Source: Octopus bimaculoides (Eukaryota). Taken from it: a DNA stretch of 64,000 nucleotides. Numbering within the stretch: the stretch's first letter is position 1; each line of letters begins with the position of its first letter. The DNA is taken from NCBI RefSeq assembly GCF_001194135.2, contig NC_068985.1, positions 106,042,103-106,106,102 of the forward strand. The letters are read 5' to 3'. This document shows, in pieces, positions 22,780-34,895 of this stretch. Position numbers and translations under genes: made by a program. Under the pieces are notes generated by a model, which searched no databases, was not told the origin of the DNA, and saw nothing but the letters and a program-made list of their open reading frames with translations.

Positions 22780-24980
22780 TAATTATTTTGAACAAAATAA
22801 TTTTGTAAAAAGAGTTCAAAGATGGCATCATAGTTGAGTGTTGCAAAAGTTCAGGTAGCTCACACAGTTACAAGACATCCGCTCAATGTGTGCATAACAT
22901 TGAGACAATATTCAGGTTATTTAATATATCACTGTTATGATTTCAGAGCATTAAGTAGCTGTGAAACTGGCCATTTTGGGGATTAAAATAAATAAAGTTT
23001 TCCTCATTATATTATAGACTTCTGTTGAAAAGCAGTGTTGGAGCCTTGAGCTAATCCAGTCCAAAGCAGAAATGAAGATCCCAGAGTGAAAGCATTGAAT
23101 CCTCCAAATACTGAAGCAATTTTCCTCACTCTTTTGACTTGTCTTAAAGTAGTTGGTAGTCCCTAAGTCCAGTGGTCCATGCTCCATTGTATCCCACATA
23201 TCTTTAACTTGCAGTTTGTTTTGCTCCATGTCAAAATCCTTAATGCAACCAGATATCAGTTAGCTTGCTAACATTCATAACCAGTGAAGAAAATTGCAAC
23301 ATTTTTGCCAGAGACTACTTGATTTATTACAGAACTTAATCACAGAGGAACAAGAGAACATAAAAGTTCTGCAGGCAAAAATTATATAAAAGGCTTGCTC
23401 TCATTTTGTTTCTCTGATGATATGTTCTCACTGAAATTTGGTTGAATGTCCAAAATACATAGAAGTGTACAATGCATGACATGACATAATGAATGCTAAC
23501 AGAGATCTAAAGTGTATCAAACAAGCATTTTAGCTCCACTGTCTGTCCTCCTTTTCCCTTCCTTAACTATTTGAAAGTGGTCTAAGCTACAAAGAAGCAA
23601 AGTTACTGCATTATGACAAAAATTCTCCCACAAGCTTTGCAATCTTTATCCAGTCAACAACAACCAGTTTGAATGGATATGCATATCAGTAGACATAGAC
23701 AATAAATGGGTCAATAGCATAAAACTTTCACTTGAACACCAGCTATTTTCCCATTCATTACCAAGGCTGTGTCATAGAATTGTGTGACACATAATTGAAT
23801 ATCAATACTGATAAAGTTCATCATTGAACTAAGCACAGTGCATTAAAGGGGAAGTTAGATGGATCCCTGAAATTATAATTACATATAGATTTGGTAATGT
23901 TCTTGCTGTTTAGCATCTTTGAATTTAAGGTATTGTCTATGTTGGTGAAGTTCCTATAACAAGACTAAGAAATATTAATAGAGTTTCTATTGAAGATCCT
24001 GTCACCTCTGCAGATTTGTGGTTTGATAAAGGTGGGTAATGGATATTTGGTTAAGCTGCATGTTGATCCCATGTAAAAACCAAATCACCATATTTCATTT
24101 TCAATAAATTACATTTATTTATATAAAGAAATTACTGAGATTTGTAACAAGAGGCAAATGAAGAGTTGGGCTTTACCAATTTAGGAAGTATATTTAGATG
24201 TGTGCATGTAAGCAGGTTTGAAATGTATAAATGCATGTTTTATATAAAGGTAACGATAAAAATCAGAAGGTAATGCATTTGGTTAACAAACAATTTATTC
24301 CTTGCTCGCACATGAAGTAGCTGGCACAACAGAGATAAGAGACAATAGGGTGTAGGAGGCATGAGTTAATTCCTTAATGCACATCAAAGTAGTTAGTTCC
24401 AGTACCTGGCAGCAAATCTAAAATATCCAATGAGTTTTGAAGTGGTAGTGAAGCGAGGTAGAAATTCCATAGCATGTCAAGCTAGACGAGTCACAAGCTC
24501 GTCGATAGATTAGTGTCTACATCTGAATGGGATAAAGCAAAGCAGTGATGAAAGGGGACCAGATGTTAACATTCTGACCTTTAGACAGCGACTGGGTATG
24601 CCTTTGAAAAGCGTGCGCTATTACTCTGGGCAGAAGTTGTCATGTGTATTCCGTTAGCTTTTAAAGAGCGGAGGAACTCAGCCTCAGTGTGCTGCTATGC
24701 CGGGGCAAAGTAACTCAACTGCCCTACTAATGCTACAGATTATTTGCTGAAAATATTAAGCCAGAAGTGTGTCTATGTGCTGAAAAAGGTAAGAAAATAA
24801 GGCTTCATTTTTGATGAGATGCTCTTTTAACATAGCTGCCAATAAACCAAGAATATTTCTAACAAACTCTGCTAAGCTTTTCTCCTCTTTCTGGCACATG
24901 TCAGTTTATAAGCATATTTTAGCAGGAAACTGCAAGGAAATTTCCAATAAAATCAGGCACTCACACAAATACATTTGTCA
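22780..24980 (-). mobile_element. Degenerate hAT-superfamily transposase remnant
   Basis: Minus-strand pieces in the correct order: TTF-finger-like (KYSWF) ~24.8-24.9 kb; QFYDTALVMNGKIAGVQ and P..VYV.*YAY.FKLVVVD ~23.65-23.79 kb; SALDWISSRLQHCFS ~23.05 kb; dimerisation-like VTV*AT*TFATL ~22.84 kb. Confidence 0.75.
24290..24720 (-). mobile_element. Probable LINE 3' fragment nested inside the hAT remnant
   Basis: More GC-rich segment interrupting the hAT reading; ARYWN*L resembles R.WN.LP. Weak. Confidence 0.4.
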
Positions 24981-26078
24981 CATGATTGGTCAGAATACGA
25001 AACAAAATCACCTGACATGTTGTGGCCTTTTTCTTGTTCCTGAGATGTCTGTTTTGAATTCCAAGCATCACTATAGGTTCTTGGGAAATGTAGTAATTAA
25101 TTAATTAATGTATGTATATATGTCATTGTTCAGTTTTATTTCAAGATTTCTAGTCAATAGAGAAAGAGTTGGCTTCTAACCTAGATCAAAGGCTCTTTCA
25201 TTAGAATTTCAACATCAACAACAGGGTATTTGTGTTTGTTTGTTTGTTTGTATGTATGTATGTATGTGTGTATGTATGTATGTATGTATGTATGCATGTA
25301 TGCATGTATAAGAATGTGCATGTGTATGTGTGGACATTGTATATTTAAATGTACATATACATACATATGTATGTATGTATGTATGTATGTATGCATATAC
25401 TTAGGTATCTATTTGTTGTATGTTTGTATATGTGCTTATAATGACCTATGTATAAATATTTGTTGAAATACATACAGACAGACATACACACATACACATA
25501 CATCTAGGTAACAAAAACTATTTTCAAATAGTCCGATGACACCAGCTCTAACTCATAAAGAGTTCAAAAGAATAACATTGTTAAGTAACATTATCTTTCT
25601 GCAGAAAGAATTTCTTGAGTTGACCCTAATAGCTAGGCTGTCAAAATTTGGAGCAAAGTCCAAATGAATTGAATGTACAATAATATTTTCCTCAGTTATT
25701 CACAGACAGAATGAATTGAGTATGTACAGGATAATTTATAGCTAAATTTCGTGAGCTTGGGAAATCATTGCCCTGGTTTTTCCTGGCTTGGTACCATATA
25801 TATATGTCCCTACACACACACACACGGATACATACATATATGTGCAGATATAGCAACATAGTTAAGAACAGGTACTGGTATTGGTGTAGGGTTGTGATTA
25901 GGCACAGGTGTAGCTGTGTGGTCAGGAATAAGTTCTGGTATGATTGTGTAGTTTAGAATTTTGCTTCCCAACCACATTATTTTGGGTTCAGTCCCACTGC
26001 ATAGCACCTTGGGCCAGTGTCTTCTACCAAAACCATGTGAGTGGAATTGGCAGATGAAAACTGAGACGAATAGCTCAT

Positions 26079-26132
<54 letters not shown>

Positions 26133-26583
26133 NNNNNNNNNNNNNNNNNNNNNNNNNNNNNNNNNNNNNNNNNNNNNNNNNNNNNNNNNNNNNNNNNNNN
26201 NNNNNNNNNNNNNNNNNNNNNNNNNNNNNNNNNNNNNNNNNNNNNNNNNNNNNNNNNNNNNNNNNNNNNNNNNNNNNNNNNNNNNNNNNNNNNNNNNNNN
26301 NNNNNNNNNNNNNNNNNNNNNNNNNNNNNNNNNNNNNNNNNNNNNNNNNNNNNNNNNNNNNNNNNNNNNNNNNNNNNNNNNNNNNNNNNNNNNNNNNNNN
26401 NNNNNNNNNNNNNNNNNNNNNNNNNNNNNNNNNNNNNNNNNNNNNNNNNNNNNNNNNNNNNNNNNNNNNNNNNNNNNNNNNNNNNNNNNNNATATATATA
26501 TATATATACATACATATATTTCGCCATGATAGATCGCTGACCACTACACATATTTTTTTCTCTTCTTGTTTCTTTCTGTGTTC

Positions 26584-26619
26584 CTTTCTGTTGAAGAGCG
26601 TATGCTCGAAACGTTAAAG
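26584..26619 (+). ncRNA. Minimal variant hammerhead motif in a putative PLE terminal repeat
   Basis: CUUU-CUGUUGA-A-GAGC(GUAU)GCUC-GAAA-CGUU-AAAG: 4-bp stems I and II, palindromic AACGUU in place of stem III; core has A6 replaced by U. Lies ~140 bp upstream of the PLE fragment. Confidence 0.55.
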
Positions 26620-26759
26620 ACTTTCTCTATTCCCGAGCATTATACTAATACATCCATTTGTTGTTTGCACCACCTGTCTTCGTTTGTTGTTTTTTCGTGA
26701 ATTTTCCCTATATATATATATATACACACACACATACATATTTATATATATAGGAAGTA

Positions 26760-27600
26760 CCATTGTAAGGTTGCTTAATCTGCCCCACCCTTCAATATCA
26801 AAACCTGCTTGGGAAGGATATTCCTTAGATTAATGGACAAACATTTCATATGGTCACATAGACACAGGTGATTGTTTTATAGACTCAACTTAAGGGTCTT
26901 TTTCAGCTGTGCACCCGGCATTAAAAAAATATTAGTGAATTTCTTTAAACTTGATGCAGAAGCAGGATGCTCATGCAGGGTTAGCAATGAGTGCCCAGTG
27001 GGGCTAAGTTGATGCTACTCCAAAGCCATGGTCTATGAAGCTGAGGGGGTGTCTGGTAGCAAAGGCAGCAGTGGCAATATTTACAACATCAGCAAAGGCA
27101 CCAATATATCCACTAGTAACAACAACAGTGACAACAATTGCAGTAGTGGTGGCAGTAACACATGTAACATGGCAACAGCAGCAACAACAGCACCAACAAT
27201 GCATCCAACAGTAGCAGTAACAGTGGCAGTGATGGTGGTAACAACAGCAACAACTACAGCACCACCATTGCATCCAGCAATAACAGCAACATCAGTGACA
27301 CCAATAGCAGCTGCAGTAGCAGCAGTAACAATAACTGCAGCACAATGAGCACAAGGGTACAGACACAGAAACATATTGAATCTACAGAAGATCCATTCAA
27401 GCAATGTCTTAACAATCACAGGTCCTCTTTTAGGATACCAGCTATGTATGGTGTTTTAAAGAGGAGGGTACACCATACATAATTAAATGGAAGTTGCTAG
27501 ATCAATTGGGATCATACCTCAATGGCTGCAAACGATGTAGGCTTTGCTTGACTGAGAGAATAAGAATCCTGAGAAACTGAGGATCTTCAACTCCAAAAAT
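26760..27600 (+). mobile_element. Penelope-like element (PLE), GIY-YIG endonuclease end, degenerate
   Basis: PPFNIKTCLGRIFLRLMDKHF..LRVFFSC; CSCRVSNECP..C..KAMVYEA; TY.ESTEDPFKQCLNNHRSSF; IKWKLLDQ..YLNGCKRCRLCLTE. These match PLE motifs WFNPPFS..GR.FL.L.DKHF, CNC..CP..C..VY.A, YIG.T...FK.R..NH..SF and W.IL..Y.NG...C.LCL.E. Confidence 0.85.
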
Positions 27601-27918
27601 TAGATGTTTACTTGGTGCCCTCTTCGGAGAAAATTTGTGTTGGAAACATGGAATTCCCTGTTTGCCAGCTAGGAAAGAGCAATGACCTATATACTAACCC
27701 ATTTTAGATGCAACTGGAACTCATGTAAGGGGGATAACTCCTCTTCACCCAGATTTACTGTCAGTAGAATTTCTTTCTACCACTCACACCTAAAGTAAAC
27801 TCTTAACTAGATGTCATTATGGTTTAATAAACATATACTTCAGTTTCTCCAATTTCCATTACCTGTCTACTTACCCTATGTCTGTCGTATCTTTCCACAG
27901 AAGAGCAAGTACTCAAAA

Positions 27919-28130
27919 TCATCATCATCATCGTTTAACGTCCGCTTTCCATGGACTAGCAAGCCAGAAGGCTGCACCAGGCTCCAATCTGATCTGGCAG
28001 AGTTTCTACAGCTGGATGCCCTTCCTAACGCCAACTACTCCAAGAGTGTAGTGGGTGCTTTTATGTGCCACCGGCACAGTACTGGCAATGGCCACACTCA
28101 AAAGGTGTTTTTTACATGCCACCTGCATGG
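27919..28130 (-). mobile_element. RTE LINE 3'UTR copy (short)
   Basis: catcatcgtttaacgtccgctttccatg...cagctggatgcccttcctaacgccaac, same family. Confidence 0.8.
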
Positions 28131-30289
28131 GACCCAATCAGACATTTCATTCTTTCTTTTTCCTATTTCTTAAGCATCAAATTAATACCAAAACTGTGTC
28201 TATTTTTTATGTCTGTTATGCATAAAGTGCATATAACTGATGTTCAGAGAAAATAACTTATCCAGGCTGGAAGTGTGGGAAAGTAGGTAGGGTTTCCGTA
28301 TTGTTCTGTATTATTTTTAAAATTAATTGAAACAAAAGCAGTGTATTTCAGAAGAAATTTGGTAACAAAAGGGTTAAGTACTCTGTAAAAGTGCATTTGG
28401 TATATTTGGGAAACAGTTCCACTTATGTATTTTACCACAGACAGAAAAAATACATGGTAGAAAATCTTTTGTCGAAAGGCTCAAGAAGAATTTGAATGTA
28501 GAGTTGTTTTGCATTTCAATTCCTAAACTTGAATTTTTTCCCAAAATAAATTAGAGCATTTTATTTATTTATCTATTTATTTATTTATTTATTTATTTAT
28601 TCATTTTTGGCTGAATGTAAAATCAGAAAGTTCAATACTCCATGAATTAGCAATGAGGGCTCTTTTAACATTTTCTTCCACCATACATTCATATGAGTCA
28701 GTATTTTGCAGCTATAACAATACAAACAAAATTCTGCTCAACTACTGAGAATGCAAAAATTCCCTGATGAACATCTCTGACAAATATCAAACCACTGTAG
28801 ATAGATTGTGCTGCCACAAACAAGCGCCCCATCCTATTGAATATATGGAAATCTTTTTGTTGTTAGTTAAATATTGCATGGTTGCGTAGGTTTGCTGTTC
28901 TATATTCTCTGAGTTTTGGTCTGTGATTAAGAACTTTGTTCCTCTGCTGCATGATTTTGCTGTGTGGCACCTTGTGCAAATACCTTATATAACAGCACTG
29001 GGCTGACCAAATCCTTGTGAGTGAATCTGGAATCTGAAGCTATAAAAAATCTGATGAACATATGTGTGTGTGTTTCTTTGTCTTGAAATCTGTGTATTGA
29101 TTGCAAGCAAAGTCACTGTTCATTTGTTTGCAGTCTTCCCTGAAAATATGTCTGGCTATTGAGCTGTTCATGTTCAAAGAATCAGATGAAATATTACCTT
29201 GTTTGGAAACAGGTGAAAGTTGGTGACAGGGAATATATTGAGTGGTAGAAATTGGTGCATCTTAACAAGTTTCATCTGACCTGTGCAAACTGAAAAAGTG
29301 GGTACTAAAATGATGATGATAGTGGTGGAGAAGGTTGATGGTGATGATGATCATGATGATGATGAGGAGGAGGAGGAGAAGGAAGGGGAGAAGTAGGAGA
29401 AAGAAGGAGCGGAGAAGTAGAAGGAAGGAGAGGAAGAGAAGGATGATGATGATGATAATGATGATACTCTTCCTCCTCCTCATTATCATCACTTACAAGT
29501 TATATTCTTTTATTGCCTGTTAGTTGAATTTTATATTTCTTTATAACCATAATAGTATGGAGGAAGGACTCACAAAAAAAAAAAATTGTCTGGTAAAAAG
29601 GGATCACAAGGGGAAATCATTTAAGGGACTAAACATATGACTACTCTAACTGCTGGCATATAATCCCGTACCTCTTCTTTCTTAGCTCATGATTGCTACT
29701 CCTTTTCTACAAGTACAAGGTTTTGAGAATCTCACCTGAGTCCATTAACTTCCAGCAAATAAATTTATTTTCTCTTTTGAAGGATTGTGAATCAATGTAT
29801 GAGGGAATTATTATTGCAATAATCCATGTATGGGGATGATTACAAATGATAATTGTAACCCAAACTTCAACAGTATCTCAGGAGGCACTGGAATGTGTCC
29901 ATCAACTTTCAGGAACACCAACTTAGATTTATCACTGAATATAGAAGAGTTGGTAATCTCTGTGTGTTTGCAGCATTCTCGTGGCAGTCAATAAGTATGA
30001 TGGGAAGTAATTGTGTTGTAGACTTCTTCAATTCTTCAGAGAATGTTGGAAATGCAACAGTTCAAGAATACACTGATTGTCACCATTAACAAGAAGAGCA
30101 AGGGTGATAGACAAGGTTGTGGAAATTATTGAGGTATTTCTTCTATTTCAACCACAGTGAAAATTAAAGCAAAAATAGTGCATATGTAACTGTCAAAAAT
30201 ATCCAGACAAAGTCCTCATGAAACTCAGTGTATGTCTAGGAGCACCAATTGTCACTTTCAAACAAGTTTACCTTGTGACAGATTCAGAA

Positions 30290-30560
30290 GAAAAACTCAC
30301 AAACAATAGTTTACAACACAGAAAACAAGTTGCTGTTGCAACATTTCTTTATAAAATGCCAACAAGCCTCATCCTGTCAGATCTCAGAGCAAGGTTATCT
30401 CCACAGTATGTAAGATGCAGTAGTTTTACAAGGGACATTCATTCCTGCACACAGGCTTTCAGACTTGATGTCTAAATCCGTACTCATGACAACTTGTCTA
30501 TAAGAATTTGGAACAAACTTCCACAGACTGTCACATGAGCCATCTTGGCTGATGAGAGAC
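30290..30560 (+). mobile_element. CR1/L2-like LINE 3' fragment
   Basis: LQHRKQVAVATFLYKM....IRIWNKLPQ matches the L.HRR..A.L..LYK / R.WN.LP motifs at the C-terminus of CR1/L2-type ORF2. Confidence 0.65.
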
Positions 30561-31089
30561 TGGCTTTCAAGTCAAGTGCATGAACATCTATCACTTTTGT
30601 CATTGAAAATGCAATGAAGCAATGATTGGCTCACTGGACACCTAGCCACAATATTGATTTCTACAGTGTGTGTGCTACCCAGGACAGCCTTTGAATTTGC
30701 TGTTCCCGTTGGAGCCTCAAGGTAAAATAGCAGTGCCCGAAGTGTCACCCTGATAAAAGTACCGTCCGAAACGGACCTCCCCACTTGCTCCAACTCCTAA
30801 CTACGCTACTCAGCAAATACTACCCAAGACAGACATGTCCCCTTGCCCTCTTTTTGCTATGCGAATATTGAAAGCAATACAAGTGACAACAGAGAAACTA
30901 AACTCTCGTTTGCATGAGGTCGTTATCTACAATCGGCTTTCTTTTTCCTGTTACATAACCCTCTCACATCATTTTATTTTCTCTTTCTCACATTCCTTCC
31001 CACTTTTTTCCGCTTTGTCTTTCTTTTGTTTCTTTTTCGGTGTCAGAGAGAGAATTGAACCACTGATTATCCTTCCCTTATGTTCTCAC

Positions 31090-31375
31090 ACTCACGTGTA
31101 CCACTCTCTCTCATTCATGTGTTCTCTCACCTTTCCTACACCTCTCACGTCACGCTCTCTCTCTCTGAGTTTTCCTCATACTCTCTGTTTATCTCCTTCA
31201 TTTCTTCCTCTCTTTTTATTCTCTTTTCGTTACTCCCACTCTAGTGTGAGTTGCACTTCGCCGATTGGCTGTCATCAGTCACGTGTGAACGATGGCTGCA
31301 TGATGGCAGAAAAGGAAGTATTGAGTATCCAGTGAGATGGGCAGCAGCTGCAAATGTCCGCGTCACCCGTGACAA
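31090..31375 (+). promoter_or_regulatory. CpG-enriched promoter-like motif cluster upstream of gene 2
   Basis: CACGTG (31093-31098), TCACGTCA (31145-31152; TGACGTGA on minus), ATTGG (31264-31268; reverse CCAAT), GTCACGTG (31278-31285) and palindrome GTCAC-CC-GTGAC (31362-31373), embedded in a CT-rich tract. Confidence 0.45.
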
Positions 31376-31823
31376 GCACCAAAATAAGTGAGAGATAATC
31401 AAAGTCGTGCATTAGGAAACAATCGACCTTTACAAAGGTGGACACCATTTGTTCAGTAACTGCCGTCTACACTATACATCGTTACATACAGCAGCGTTAT
31501 ATATGTATATATATACCTATATATAAACTGTCTTTTCCAGCTTTTATAAACATCATACAAGCCTGTGTACACACACATATACACACGACATAAATTTTTT
31601 GTATACATCGTACAAGCTTTTATATACACTACATGGACTTCAGAAGCATTACATAAGCCTTTTTACACCACAGAGGCTGTATATACATCTCACAAGCCTT
31701 TATACACTCCATACAGATTTTATTCGCATACACACGTCTTAACATAATCACAGATTTTATTTTTCTTTCCACATCACACAACCTATATATACAACCAGGC
31801 TATACATATAATACCTAATACTT

Positions 31824-31854
<31 letters not shown>

Positions 31855-32853
31855 TAACTTACATTGGACTTTATAATAAGCGCCCTCCACACCAGCTTTA
31901 TTAGTATTTATATATTATTGAAATTCTGAATGCTTCCCTGATGTTTATTTCTTTTGACGGATAAGTCGGAGTTTCTTTTCTTTTTTTTTTTTAAAGATCT
32001 AGAGGATCAGACTAGAATTGGGAATTAAAAAACAACAACAATAAGATCGTTTAATATCAACATCATTGCCAGCAACAGTAAATATTTCTTACTAGATGAT
32101 GCTTTGCTGGATTTCCAAGGATCATTTTCACTTTTGAGACAAACACTTAAGACATACGGTTTATTTGGCTGTGAATTACTTGTGCGGAGATATGAGACAA
32201 GATTCCTTTGGATGTTTACGACTTCAGACTGATCGCTTGGAAGCTCAAAACAAAACCCAACCTATTTAAGTCTATTACAATCAACAATGAAAGCTTCGTT
32301 TGAGACATTTCTATAGCTGCAATTGTATTTTATATTTACACACAGGCAGTTTTATTGCTGTTTCAACTACAGACCATTCTCTGGATTAACCTTCTGTACT
32401 AGCTGGGCCTTACCAAGTAATTTTTTACTCTTACAAATCGAACGAAACCAAAGCATCCTAGCCTAATACTTTGGTTATTGTTATTTAAGAAATATATATT
32501 AAAATATATAGGCAACCACCTCTAGTCTATCTTGACCTCACTTGACCTACCTTCAACAGTTTTGTTGCCATAAACAGGATCTTTAACACGCACACTTACA
32601 TATAGCCATCCATATATACATACACACAGGCACACACACATACAAATTCCAAAGAGGCAACATTGGTCTTATAAGTAGATCAACTCTGTAACTAACATAT
32701 TGTAATTTCAAGTAAATTATTTATTTATATCTTGCCTATATATGTGCACTTTTGCGCTTTGCTTTCCTATTTGAAGTTTTATTTTGTTTGGGTGTGCTAA
32801 AATAAGTTTTTAAGCTCGTAACACCGAGTGTGTGTATACATTCATACACAGAT

Positions 32854-32884
<31 letters not shown>

Positions 32885-32942
32885 CACACATACTTATACA
32901 TGCAATGAGCGGCCAAGGGGAGTGATAAAATCGTTATGATCA

Positions 32943-33420
32943 ATGGGGGTTGGTCGTATTCCGGTGGGCTATTATTACCCAGTTCTACCAAATTACGGGG
33001 AGACCTCATCGTTGTCGGGTGGAGCAAGCTGCTGCGCCCGACACCAGCGAGATGTAGCGACAAGAAGACAATTTGAACTCAGCAAAACGTCCACTACCTC
33101 TTCCTCTTTATCATCGTCGTCGTCGTCATCCTCATCATTATCATCATCATCGTCATCATTATCATCGGAATCATTACCAACATCATCATCACTATCACAA
33201 CCAACATCTTGTAATTGTTTTGGATACCTTTTCTACTGCTCCAATGTGCCGTCATGGAGCGGTTATGTATGGCAGCAGAAACAGCAGCCGAAGCAGAACA
33301 GAACTGGCATGCAAGCCACTACACAAAACCAGCAGACTGGTATGTGGACTACAATGTGTTCGACTGCTATCAACAACACACTACTGCTGAGGAAACATGC
33401 CATTACTGTAGGACTTTTAG
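32943..33420 (+). CDS. Probable first coding exon of an unidentified multi-exon gene (Ser-rich N-terminus)
   Basis: ATG preceded by an in-frame stop; 159 open codons (MGVGRIPVGYYYPVLPNYGE...poly-Ser...NNTLLLRKHAITVGLL) ending at a consensus donor TAG|GTAAGT (33420/33421). CpG-richer than flanks. Product not recognised; alternative reading frames are possible. Confidence 0.55.
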
Positions 33421-34453
33421 GTAAGTTCAATTTTTATAAAAATAACTCCTCTTTTTTTTTTCTAGACCGTTTGGTCTGTTTGTCCTACTTTGATGAAATG
33501 CTTGAAGTTTATATAGTTGAAAGTACTAAATGTGATAAACATATAAGCGACTTCGCCCTTGCCCGATATCAGTGAGAAACAAGTTGTAATTAATAATAAT
33601 AATGTTAAATATAAGAAAACTATAAAGATAGACATATAAAACAGTTGGGAGCACTAGACGGATACAGAGTTAAAACGATGTTGGGTGATAAATAAACAGA
33701 CGAATAGAGGCCACCAAACCCACATATATATATGTATGAATGTATATATATATATATATATATAGGACAGACAGATATGTAATGTTTTCATTGCATTTAT
33801 GAGGTACATACTTGTACATATGTAACATATAACCACTAGCAACAGAACCAGAATGCCAGCTGATGCATTAGTGTGTTAGATGACATATATATATATATAT
33901 ANNNNNNNNNNNNNNNNNNNNNNNNNNNNNNNNNNNNNNNNNNNNNNNNNNNNNNNNNNNNNNNNNNNNNNNNNNNNNNNNNNNNNNNNNNNNNNNNNNN
34001 NNNNNNNNNNNNNNNNNNNNNNNNNNNNNNNNNNNNNNNNNNNNNNNNNNNNNNNNNNNNNNNNNNNNNNNNNNNNNNNNNNNNNNNNNNNNNNNNNNNN
34101 NNNNNNNNNNNNNNNNNNNNNNNNNNNNNNNNNNNNNTATATATATGTGTGTGTGTGTATTTCACTGCAGCAATAATACATCATTTACTTAGATCTATTC
34201 ACATACACACACACACACATACACGTGATAGCGTGTGTTTTGTAACAACTCCTCCTCCCTCTCTCATCAACAATATAATTGTATGTGACCAGTGGGTTAT
34301 TAGAAGCTATGTAAATACCCTGGCACATGTGTAAGTGTGAGGTCTACTGGTTCGAATCCCTCATGTGGAATTTGAGCAAGTTTTTTTTTTTTTTTGCTTT
34401 AGATTCGGGTCAACCTATGCACTGTGAGAGAATTCGGGTAGATGTACAGTGTA

Positions 34454-34895
34454 GGGTCCAGATGGACTATATGTAATCTGAACCTTTCTCCCCTTATTAT
34501 TATTTTTTTTTTTACGGAATCCCACGTTTTAGGCTATGGAGATTCCGATTCTGAAAAAAATTTTTCAAAAATCTCAATTTCAAAATTTCGACCCCCCCCC
34601 CCCGGTTTTTATATAGATCCACAGGGTAAACCTAACCCTAACTCAAACTCTAACCCTAACTCTACCCATGACCCTAACCCTGACCCTAACCCTAACCCTA
34701 ACACTAGTTTTGTGAGATTTGGCTGTTATTTCTAGCATGTAAATAGCCTGCTTGGTGGTGGTGGGGGAATTGAAATTTTTCAAACAATTTTTTTTCAGAA
34801 TCGGAATCTCCATAGCCTAAAACGTGGGATTCTGTAAAAAAAATTAATAAATAAGGGGGAGAAAAGTTCAGATTACATATAGTCCGTTTCCGCCC
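34454..34895. mobile_element. Non-autonomous DNA element (MITE) with ~125-bp TIRs, 6-bp TSD and internal telomeric repeats
   Basis: TSD AGTGTA at 34448-34453 and 34896-34901; GGG...CCC termini; TIRs ~34454-34579 and ~34768-34895; 12 in-phase CCTAAC-type hexamers at 34631-34702. Confidence 0.9.

Noticed and set aside
33240-33420. Short resemblances to SLC45 (HGAVM.G), methyltransferase-like (DWYVDY) or ABCA N-termini
   Set aside because: Each match is only 5-8 residues, in different frames, and does not extend; no symbol assigned.
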